Shown piece by piece: positions 32,051-41,800 of a stretch of DNA of 64,000 nucleotides. Source of the stretch: Gammaproteobacteria bacterium (lineage in GTDB: Bacteria; Pseudomonadota; Gammaproteobacteria; Steroidobacterales; Foliamicaceae). Both the position numbers and the translations under genes were made by a program. The stretch is taken from the NCBI GenBank assembly GCA_963665145.1, contig OY762064.1:1480479-1544478 (forward strand), read 5' to 3'. The notes beneath the pieces were generated by a model. The model worked only from the letters and a program-made list of their open reading frames with translations. It was not told the DNA's origin and searched no databases. Each line of letters starts with the position of its first letter. Positions within the stretch are counted from its first letter, which is position 1.

Positions 32051-33520
32051 TCAGAGCCGGTCCGCCACCTCCAGCGCAACCCTCTCGGCGGACTCCATCG
32101 CCCCTTCCATGCCCCGATTCATGGTGGCGGTGTGCTCGCCGCAGAAGTGAATCCGGCCATGCGGCCGGGCCATGCGGGGTAGCAGTCCCTGCACCTGTCC
32201 CGGCGCGAAGATCGCCCAATCGCCCGCATTGTGAGGATCGAGCCACCAGGAATGAAAGCCACCCGGTTCGAGCGTGCCCTTCGCGGCCGGACGCAGCCGC
32301 TCGATTTCACGAATCACCCAGGCCTGCGCCTCGGCGGACCCAAGGCGATCGAGCTGATCCGCCACCCAGCCACGGGTGTTGACCACCAGTCCGGTGACTT
32401 CGGCAGGGTCCTCGCCGAAGCGCTGCGCGGCCACCACGCCCAGCCGGCCGTTGGTCCACATCGACGGCGATAGCCCATCGTCTTTCCAGAACGGGCGCCT
32501 GGGCACCAGGAACACCAGGGTATTGCGCATGTACTGGAGCGTGCCCACCGCTTGCCGCTGAACGCCCTCAAGAGGCGGCGAGACGGCAATGTCCCTGACC
32601 TTTGAGAACGGCGCCGAACACACCATAAAGGGTGCGTCGAACGAGTCCCCGCCGCGGCACCTCACGCGAACGCCGTCGACACGGTCCTCGATACTCAACA
32701 CTTCCTGTCCGAACCGGATTTCCCGTGTGAGTGCGCCCGCCATGGCCTCCGGCAGGCGCTGATTGCCGCCTTCCACAGCGTAGGCCGCAGGCCCGATTGC
32801 GGTCTGCTCTCGTATCCAGCGCTCGTTGAACAGATACATCAGCGCCGAAACGTCCCAGGCGGACGTCCCATAGTAGGGGTTGGTGTCGTACGCCGTGCGG
32901 ACCTCACCGTCGCTCAAGCCCTGTTCCAGGAAGTAGTCGTGCAGAGGCACATCCAGAGAGCCGAACTTCGGGTCCACCCAGGCCGAGGACGCGGGCAGGG
33001 GATTGCGTGAGGCAGTTCGCGTAGCGATCAACTCCCAGGGCATCCTGTCGCGGGACCCTTCGGCGAATGGATTTCGCAGGGACGCCGCCCATTCGGCCCG
33101 GCTCAGCAGCGCTTCGTCATGGACCAGTTCCGGCGGCGGTCCGCCGAACAGGCGCGCGGCGTAGTCCACCAGTGGCACATCGAGCCTCCGCGCCATCGAG
33201 ATCATCCGTGCGTATCCGCTCGCAATGGTGTTGCCGCCCACCTCGGGGTGGCCGGGAAGGTCATAGAGGGTATGTACGCGTCCGCCGACCCGCGAGCGGC
33301 TCTCGATGACCTGTACCGACGCCCCCAGTTCCTCGAGCAACAGCGCCGTGTAGAGACCGGAAAGCCCGGCGCCGACGATTAACACGTCGGTCGCCGCCGA
33401 ATCCGCGCCGGCTTTGGTTCGTTCCGCCTGCCTGGCGCCTGCTGCCGGCGCCCGGGCAGCGAATCCCGCGAAACCCGCCAGCGCAAGCACACCGGTACTG
33501 AAGGCACGTCGATTCAGCAT
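32051..33520 (-). CDS. Flavin monoamine oxidase / L-amino acid oxidase family protein with Tat signal
   Basis: NRRAFS signal; VLIVGAGLSGL; SRVGGRV; RIHFCGEHT; GMEGAMESAER. Confidence 0.88.
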   Translation of the reverse strand: MLNRRAFSTGVLALAGFAGFAARAPAAGARQAERTKAGADSAATDVLIVGAGLSGLYTALLLEELGASVQVIESRSRVGGRVHTLYDLPGHPEVGGNTIASGYARMISMARRLDVPLVDYAARLFGGPPPELVHDEALLSRAEWAASLRNPFAEGSRDRMPWELIATRTASRNPLPASSAWVDPKFGSLDVPLHDYFLEQGLSDGEVRTAYDTNPYYGTSAWDVSALMYLFNERWIREQTAIGPAAYAVEGGNQRLPEAMAGALTREIRFGQEVLSIEDRVDGVRVRCRGGDSFDAPFMVCSAPFSKVRDIAVSPPLEGVQRQAVGTLQYMRNTLVFLVPRRPFWKDDGLSPSMWTNGRLGVVAAQRFGEDPAEVTGLVVNTRGWVADQLDRLGSAEAQAWVIREIERLRPAAKGTLEPGGFHSWWLDPHNAGDWAIFAPGQVQGLLPRMARPHGRIHFCGEHTATMNRGMEGAMESAERVALEVADRL

Positions 33521-33648
33521 GAAAAAAATGACCTGGCTGCCTGACTGGGACTCTAGCATGCAGCCGAAAGGCCCTGGCCAATTGCAAACGGCCTTCGGCC
33601 TGTCTAGACTCGCGGATTGGGAATACGCGCATCAACCGGGAGGCCCCC

Positions 33649-34659
33649 ATGCCGCACCATTTCGACTCACCATTAAGTCGCCGCAATGTACTCGTCGGGG
33701 GCGCCGCTCTTGCGGCGGCTTCGGCATTGCCTGCCTGCGGCGGCACGCAGGAACAGGAACAGGCGCAGGAACCGGCTCAGGATCGGATCGACTACGACTG
33801 GATGAACCCGATGGATAACCTTGAAGCGTACTTCAAGCTGACAAGTTCGCTTAAGGACCGGGACTGGGCGCAAGGCTGGTACTCGGGCCTGGTCTTCGGC
33901 ATGCTGCCGAACCAGACTCCGGATGCGCTGTTCGGCCTGGAAGGCTTCGGCATGGGCTACACGGTGCGCCAGGAGAACGGCGCCTTCGCCAGCTTCTGGA
34001 AGGAAGTGGGTTTCTACAAGGACCTCAAGACCAACGAGATTATCGAGACCTGGGAGAACCCCTACACCGGGGAGACCAACAAGGTCATGCACATCCACAA
34101 TCGCATGGTCAAGGGCGTGTTCGGCCCCAATTTCCGCTCCCAGGCGCCGGTTGGGGACCAGACCGGAGAAATGTTCTTCAAGTTCCCCAACTACCGGGCG
34201 TCCGACGACCCCAGCAATCCCTTTGTCCTGAACTGGCAGACCATCGGCGATCAGACGTCGGTGTGGCTGGACTTCCGCGGCGTGGTGCCCAATCTGCTCG
34301 ACCCCGAGGTCTGGGTACGGGAGTCCACCGGCGAACTCCTGCCCGTTTGCGAAATGTTCGAGTACGTCTGCAACGACGACGATCTCCGTAATCCCTCCCT
34401 GGACCGCGTGAAGCACAGCGGTTCCTGGATCCGCCTGGCCCCCTGGCTGCCGTGGCAGATGATGGGCCGGCACGAAGGCCGCCTGTTCTACCGCTGCACG
34501 ACCCGGGGCCTGGACAATCTCGAGCAGCTCCCGCCGAACATCCTCACCTACGCGCAGAAGAACTATCCGGAATACCTGGTCCAGGAAATCAATGAGGACC
34601 AGCCAAGCGAGTCGTCGTTCGAGGTCTACATGAAGGAGAACGAACCGGCCCCGATGTAA
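33649..34659 (+). CDS. DUF1838-like protein with Tat signal and lipobox (paralog 5)
   Basis: SRRNVL...LPAC; DALFGLEGF; NPYTGE; WLPWQMMGRHEG; QLPP...YPEY. Confidence 0.75.
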   Translation: MPHHFDSPLSRRNVLVGGAALAAASALPACGGTQEQEQAQEPAQDRIDYDWMNPMDNLEAYFKLTSSLKDRDWAQGWYSGLVFGMLPNQTPDALFGLEGFGMGYTVRQENGAFASFWKEVGFYKDLKTNEIIETWENPYTGETNKVMHIHNRMVKGVFGPNFRSQAPVGDQTGEMFFKFPNYRASDDPSNPFVLNWQTIGDQTSVWLDFRGVVPNLLDPEVWVRESTGELLPVCEMFEYVCNDDDLRNPSLDRVKHSGSWIRLAPWLPWQMMGRHEGRLFYRCTTRGLDNLEQLPPNILTYAQKNYPEYLVQEINEDQPSESSFEVYMKENEPAPM

Positions 34660-34681
34660 CGGGGACGAGGGCTTCCCCGGC
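34660..34681 (+). repeat. Truncated REP-like copy (CGGGGACGAGGGCTTCCCCGGC) filling the gap between convergent stop codons
   Basis: Shares the core ACGAGGGCTTCC with copy 1; alternative stem CGGGGA/TCCCCG. Confidence 0.5.
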
Positions 34682-35728
34682 TTATTCGTCGGCGGCGGCT
34701 TCCTTCGCGGCGGCTTCCTCAAGGAGCTCCTCAAGGCGGAGTTCGAGGTTCTTGCCACGGAGGTTGCGGCCGACGGTGACGCCGTCGGTGCTGACCAGGA
34801 AGCTGGCCGGGATGGCGTTGACGCGATACATCTCCGCCACCGGGCTCTCGAATGCGAGTTCATCGGACACGTTGAGCCACTCGATGTTGTAGTCCTCCTC
34901 GGAGGCCTGGCGCCATGCCTCACGATCGTCGTCCAGGTTGAAGGCAAGTATCTCGAAGCCCTGGTCGTTGAAGCGCTTGTAGGCGGCCTTCAGGTGTGGA
35001 ATCTCGGCAATGCACGGGCCGCACCACGAGGCCCAGAATTCCACCAGTGTGAACTTGTTCTGGGCCACGACGTCAAACAGGCGAATTTCTTCGCCGTCCA
35101 GATTCAGCGCGGTGAAATCTCGGATTGCCGCGGCGAGTTCCTCCACCCGCTTTGCCGTGAACACCTTGAGCAGTTGGAGCGTCTTGTTCTCGCCCAGCAC
35201 GGTTTCCAGTTCTTCCATGACCTTTACCTGCTCTTCGTCCTCGCCGTCCTGCCAGGCTGCCCTGAGAGCCAGCAGCCGGGCGACCGGATCCTGATACTTG
35301 AGATAGATGGCGCGCAGGGACTCGGTCGCCGCCTCGCCGGGTTCGTCCAGTGCCGTTCGGATCAATTCGTCGTAATTCCCGCCACTGAACGCCAGAGAGT
35401 CCCTGGAGGAATCCCACAGGACCTCGTGCTCGCCGCCGGGTTCCACGATCCCGCGCACCTTGAAGCGGTCCGCCGCCTCACCGGCGAGCAGATTCAGCTC
35501 GATAAGCAGGGGCTCGGATAGCGGAATCTTCATGGTGGCGTCGCCATCCTTAATGACGGCGATTCCCAGCACTTCGAAGCCCGCGTCCGTGCGCGGGTCG
35601 GAGTAGCCGATTTCGATCAGCTCACCGTCAAACCGATCCAGGCCGCTCGCCGTTACGGTGATGTTGCTTTCTGCGGCAAGCGCTGCGCCTGCCGAAAAGC
35701 ACAGGCCGAGCAAAAGTAGTTTCTTCAT
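34682..35728 (-). CDS. Exported TlpA-family thiol-disulfide oxidoreductase (redoxin)
   Basis: Signal peptide; TLVEFWASWCGPCIAEIPHLK; FEILAFNLD; IPASFLV. Confidence 0.88.
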   Translation of the reverse strand: MKKLLLLGLCFSAGAALAAESNITVTASGLDRFDGELIEIGYSDPRTDAGFEVLGIAVIKDGDATMKIPLSEPLLIELNLLAGEAADRFKVRGIVEPGGEHEVLWDSSRDSLAFSGGNYDELIRTALDEPGEAATESLRAIYLKYQDPVARLLALRAAWQDGEDEEQVKVMEELETVLGENKTLQLLKVFTAKRVEELAAAIRDFTALNLDGEEIRLFDVVAQNKFTLVEFWASWCGPCIAEIPHLKAAYKRFNDQGFEILAFNLDDDREAWRQASEEDYNIEWLNVSDELAFESPVAEMYRVNAIPASFLVSTDGVTVGRNLRGKNLELRLEELLEEAAAKEAAADE

Positions 35729-35753
35729 GGTTGTTCTCCTATTTGGGAGTAAG

Positions 35754-35779
35754 GAGGGCTGGATGCCGTCCTTCCCAGG
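35754..35779 (-). repeat. REP-like copy (CCTGGGAAGGACGGCATCCAGCCCTC)
   Basis: 23/26 identical to copy 1; intergenic, downstream of the giant TPR gene. Confidence 0.7.
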
Positions 35780-35808
35780 ATGATGCGTTCCACATTAGCT
35801 GCATGGTA

Positions 35809-38800
35809 TCAGGGGGTCGCCATAGCGATCGTTTGTGCTTCTTCCTCTTCGTCAGGCAAGAGCGCCTTCTCCGCCGCTTCCTCACGCTCGATCCGCTCCT
35901 GCAAGTCGCTGGCGTAGTCGGTATCTTCAGACCGCTGGGCGATCGTGTGCAGGACGCGCATCATGCCCAGGCCCCGGTCAAGACCGTGCTCCCGCACGAG
36001 CTCAAGCAGTCGCGCCCCCTCGTCGGAGTCCTGGTACAGTCGCAGCAGCGTCAGCTGTTGCTGCCAGGGCAGCCGGCCTTCCTCGAAGATTCCGGCCACC
36101 AACTCAATGGGCATTGATCCTCCGCCTGCCTCCGCCAGGGACGCCAGCATCACCAGGCTCTCGGCGCTCAAGGGGCTCCCGGCGGCTTCAACACTCTCCA
36201 GGATGCGCGCCAGAATATCGCTGTCCGCTTCCGGACCGACATCACGCAATTGGCGCATCCCCAGGGGCACGAGCAGACGAAGCGCCTCATCCTGGCTCAC
36301 CTGGCCGGCAGCGAGCCAGCCCAGTAACGCATCGCTTGCGGCCCCTATCCATTCCGAAATGCCCGGCCAATCTTCCTCACCCATCGGGAACAGTCGTTTT
36401 TGCCTTCTAAGCACTTCCTGCGCTGCGGTAAAGCCTCGGTCGTCGTATTGGTACGGTTGGGTCACTGCCGGCAAACCGTAAAGCAGACTGAGGGTGCTTG
36501 CGGCCTGGGCTCTCATGAACCGTTGCGGGTTCCCAAGTTCTTCCTCGGACAGTGCGCCTGGACCTGCTTCCATCAGCATGGCGCCCAGAATCCCGGTGGC
36601 GCCGTCAAGATCGCCCGCACGCGCGTAAGTCCGCGCCAATTCCGCCGCCTTGGCCGCACCCGATTCGTATAGCTTTTCCGGCAGGTCCAGAACGCCCGGG
36701 AACCGGCGCCTTGTCTGCGCGATAGCTTCCTGAGGCGTGTACACCTTCTCCAGGGAAGCGAGCAGGTATGCGTCGAACAGCAACTCGGCGCCCGGAATCT
36801 CCTCCGCGCGCCGGGCGAGAATCAGAACCGAATCGAGGACTTCCCGCGCTGCCTCTGAAGGCAACCTCGCGGATACTTCCGTGATCAGCTCGAGGAGATT
36901 GGCTGGGCTCGGCGGCGCTCCCGGCATGCCGAAAAAGAAGCGCTGCTGTTCGGCATACTCCTTGTGCTCAATCCTGCGGGCCGCCACCAGCCTGTAGTAA
37001 TCCACCGCCTGCTGCACGGCGCCGGCTGTCGCGAGAACTCGGGCGGCAAGCAAAAGCTGGTGGGGTGATGGATCGGACATTGCGGCCAGGCGGTTTTCGA
37101 ACTCTTCCAGGCCTCCCGGGCCAAACTCGACCTTTTTCTGATCCCTCAGCAGCATCCACAACGTAAACTCGTGATCCGTGATCCGCCCAACATTCAAACG
37201 CTTCCACAGCTCTTGCAGGCGCAGGTCCTCATCGGACGCGTTTGCGAGGTACTCATAAAGCTGACCGAATCCCGTTCGCGTCCTGTCCGGCATCGCGCGC
37301 AGGAAACCGTCGATTTCAGCGGCTCCGTAAGGAGCCTCCGCTATGGCGTCAAACAGCATGCGCGGCTGGGGAGCCTCTTCGCCCATAGCGTCGCTCGTCT
37401 GAGCCCTTGACGATACAGCCGGAACCATAATGAAGGCTGCCCCACTGAAGAACCCGCCACTCGAATTTGTCGTTGCCTTCTTCCCCGGCTGGGGCATCGG
37501 AGAATTCAACAGACGGCTGGCCAGGAAGGCCAAAGGCGTATTCCCCGGAGGAAGTCCGTAGGGAGAATTGCGAGGCGCCAGTAAACTCCGCCACGCCTCG
37601 CGAAGTGCCTGCCTGCCATCGTCGTGATCGCCGGCGTTCAGCGCCTCGCCCAGACGCTGAACAGGGCCTTTCCGCCTTTGCTGTGTTCCGGGCGCTCCGA
37701 GCGCCATAAGGCCGGAAGATTGTGAAACGGATCCCGACGCGGCCTCGATTGTCTGCATGCTTTGCAGCTTTCTGATGATATTGCCCAACGACCCGGGCGA
37801 CCTCGATTGCCGAATCATTGCCTGCTGGGCGATAGCCGGGTCGCTGAAATCCGGTCCACCGTCCGCAGCCACCTGCAGCGCTTCCTCGAACCGTTGCTGC
37901 GAACGGAAGAACAGGAAATGCGCTAACCGCCATGCATCATTGTCCGACGTGGCCTGGTACTCCTCGGCGATCGCTTCACCCGCGCGGTCCGCATTCCCCA
38001 GGTTGAGCCACACATTGATCTGATCGGCCCGGTAGCGGGAAGGATCGGGATCCAGGCTCAGCATCTTGTCCAGTACTCGATCCTGGCGGCCCAATCGCTC
38101 CGCAGACGGCAATCGATAAGAGAAACGCGACGAGAATTCCCGTTCGTAAGCGGCACGGGCCAGTTCAAGGGGCACCGCTTCACCGGCCAGGATCTGTTCC
38201 AGTATTCGTGAGCGGGTGCGCTCCAGGGCTTCATCCAGACCGGGCGCGTAGAAGCGCATCGGGAAGCCTTGCGGCGACGGCATGTTCTCCTCCATCTCGA
38301 CGATCAGCCGAAATGCTTCGTCTGTCCGGCCGGCATACATGGCCTCAAGGAACGGTCTCGCGTCGGGCAGGTTCGGCCAGCGATTTCCAACATAATCGGA
38401 TACGCGGTACAGCACTTGCGCGTTTTCCTCGCGGGCATCCACAACCATGACTGCCTGCGCGACTGTATAGAGCGCGCTATCGTCATTGGTCTCGAGGCCG
38501 GACAGAAATTCAATGACCATGTCCGCAATTTCGCCGCGCTGCCCGGCGGTCAGTTGTTCCTTGAGCAGCGGGCGAAACGCATCGAGAGCGCCGCCGAAGC
38601 CCCGGAATATGCCCCCGCCGCTCGCCGAGCGCTCCAATGCGTTCCGGAAATAACGTATCCGGTCTTTTGTGCTGCCCCGTTCCTGGAGGTATTTCCAGAA
38701 GCCGCTGGTGTCATTGAATCCGAGCGGATTTGTCGGCTGATCTCCGGGGCTGGGATCCAGCAACAACTCGATTACCTTTTCCGGCGGGACCAGGGGCTGA

Positions 38801-41800
38801 CCCGCCACCTCCTCGGCCTTGAGCAGCATGTCCAGGTTTGATCCGACCAGCGACTTGAACGCGTCGGGTTCCTCCAGCAGCTTGGACGAAGTAGCCAACG
38901 CCAGGCGCCGGAACTCGGACTCACCGAGCAGCCCCAGCGCATAGCCCAGCCCTTCGCGGAACTTGCCGTCCAGGATCCGCTCGCCGAGCAGCGTTTCCAC
39001 TTCGTCGGTGGCGCCGTCCAGGCGCAGCAGCTGCAGTTGCGTCTCGAAGTCTTCCCGTTTCCCGGCCAGGGCCAACTGCCTTCGCAACGGCGACAGTGCA
39101 GCCAGCGCGCTGTCCTCCTCGTCGATAGGTACGCCTTGGGGCAGCGGCCGGCCAGCCTCCCCATAAGCCAGAACCAGGTGTTTGGCAAATTCCTCGTCTC
39201 CGGCAAAACGATCCAGCAGCTTGCGGTCGGCATAGTGCGCCAGGTCGGGATCATCAAGGAAGAAGCCGACCTTGCGGATCAACCGCGCCGTGCGATCCAG
39301 ACGGGCATATCGCGCGAGCGGGAGCAGCTCGTCTTCGGCACGATCCAGCACATTGCCCAGTTCCGTCTCGAACAGGGCCTTCAGTTGTGCAGCCGCGGCT
39401 TCGGACTCGTCCGCATCCTCAGGCCAGCTCAGCAACAGCCCCTGCTCCAGCGAGGCATAGTGCTCGCGATACTCGCGCGACACGGTGGTGTCGGTGCGCT
39501 GGTTCATGATCGCCTGCCAGGAGTTCGGGTCCACCGGACGGGCGCCCGCTGCCAATACCGTGGACTGACGGCGCAATACGTCGCTGATGGCCTGCATGTA
39601 GCGCTTGAAGGCCACATCCTCGCGGCCGATCACCTCATAGAGAAAGCCTGTCTTGTGCAAAAGGTCCAGGCTGTCGCGATTGACGTTCAATGCGCGGTTG
39701 TAGAACACCCGCGACTGTTCGTCGTAGCCCGACTCTTCGAAGATCTCCGCCTTGGTCCGATCAATGTCGATCATCCCGGTGATGTCGTCGATCATCTCAA
39801 AGGCCCGCTCGGCGCCGGAGACGTCCTCCTTGGCCAGCAGCGACTTGCCGACGTCGATATACACTTCCGGCGGCAACTGCTGGCGCAATCCCACCAGGCG
39901 GCGGCCATACTTCAACTGCCGTTCGATGTCCCCGCCGCCGGTGCTGAATCCGCCGAAGCCGGTGTTCGGCGTGGCCATCGTCAGCAGCTCGCGCAACACC
40001 GCCGGGCGCCGCAAGCCCGCTTCGGCCAGGGAGTTCTCAAGCGCCACGAACGAGGCTTCCGTATCGCCCTTCTCCCGGGCAATGTCCGCCAGCAGTTCAT
40101 ACAGGTAGAACTTGTTGGCCCGCCCGGCGATCCGCTCGAGGATCACCCGTTTCGTCCAGTCCAGCGTGTCCTGCACCTCCGGATCCGGTTGCTGGAAGAA
40201 AGTGGTGGTGCCGATCAGGTTCAGCAGGCCGTCCACCGCCACCACGAACTCGTTGTCCTCGACGGCGTTTTCGGCGAAGAACTGAAGGATCGCGACTGCT
40301 TCATCCGAACGCCCGTTGTTGTCCATCTCATCGGCCAGCAGCAGCAGGTTGTCGCTGTTCTGAGGCTGCTCCACCAGCGCCCTTCGGTACGCCTCAACCG
40401 CCCGGTCCGCAAACCCCGCCATAGAAAAAATGCTGGCCTCGAACTCGCCGGTCACCGACTCCTCGTCAACCTGTCGGAGCTCGCCGATCCAGCGCTGGAT
40501 CTCCTCGACGCGCTCGTTGGTCTCGGTGGCCAGATCGAAGGTCAACAGATTGATGATGATGCTCTTGATGTGATCGATGCGGTTTTCCGGGTCGATCTCA
40601 TACAGCCTGCGCAAGGCCTTGTCGTGCGACGGATAGTCCTCCAGCAGCATATAAACCTGCGCCAGCAGTTGCTGGTGGCCGACTTCGTCCTCGCCCATCT
40701 CCACGGCATACTCGTCGATGATCTCGGTGGCCGAGAGCTTGTCTCCCGACTCGGTGTAGATCCGAACCAGCAGGTTCATGTGGTTGCGGTTGGCCGTGCC
40801 CTCGATCAGCATGCCTTCGAGTTCCACCGCCATGTCGCCCAAGGCGCCCAGCTCGGCCGCCAGCAGCAACAACTGGCTCTCGGCAAAACTGCGCCGCGCC
40901 GGACTCTCCACGCCCACCCAGATATCGCGCCACAGGTCCAGCGCCTCCTGCTTGCGGTCCACCAGCGTATACAGCCAGGCCAGACGCATCTGGTCGTCGT
41001 AACCCAGCTCGCCGCGCGTATCTCGGATGGCCTCGAATACCCGCAGCGCCTCCTCCGGACGGCTCAAGCGCTCGTAGGCGTCCGCCAGGTCCACCAGCTC
41101 TGCGGCGTCCGCAGGCAGAAAATCCTCCAGGCGCACCAGCGCGTTCAGGGCCGGCTCGTCCTGCCCCCGGTTGAGCCAGGTCTCGAACAGGAACAGCAGC
41201 GCACCCACATCCGGCCCATGGGCCTGAAGATGGCCCTCGACCATCTCCACGCTCTCGTCCACAAAGCCCATCTCCAGCATCAGCCGTGCGCCTTCGACCA
41301 GAACCCCGGCGCTGGCGGCATTGCGCGCTTCCAGCGTCTCCCAGACGGCCAGCGCGGCTTCGTTGTCCGCCACGTTGAGATAGTGCGCCGCCAAACCGTC
41401 ATACCACTGCACCTGGTCGGGCTCGGCATCCATCATCCGGCGATACTCACGGACCATGGCGTCGGTGTCGCCGGCGGCCTCATACAGCGCCACCAGGCGG
41501 CGGCGCTCGGCAATGTCGGCTTCCGATCCCTCCAGTTGCTCGTACAAGCGGATGGCCTGGTGGTAGTCCTCGGTCTCGATCAGGGTCTCCACCCGGAGAC
41601 GAAGCAAGTCCTGGTCATCGGGGTCGCGTTGCGCCAGGTCTTCAAGCAACAGGTCCTGTTCGCCCGCGGTACGGTAGGACTCCGCCAGCAGGCTCAAGGC
41701 ATACAGCCGGTCGGCGCGCACCGGCGCGGTCGCGTAACCCAGCCAGGCCTGCTCGCGGGCCAGATCGTGCGACTCGGCCTTCAGCGCCCACTCGGATAAG

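Noticed and set aside
33561-33610. Sigma54 promoter (TGGCCAATTGCA) in the amine oxidase/DUF1838 divergent region
   Set aside because: GG-to-GC spacing is 6 nt rather than the required 10. An imperfect inverted repeat (GCCGAAAGGCC/GGCCTTCGGC) is present but too weak to call.
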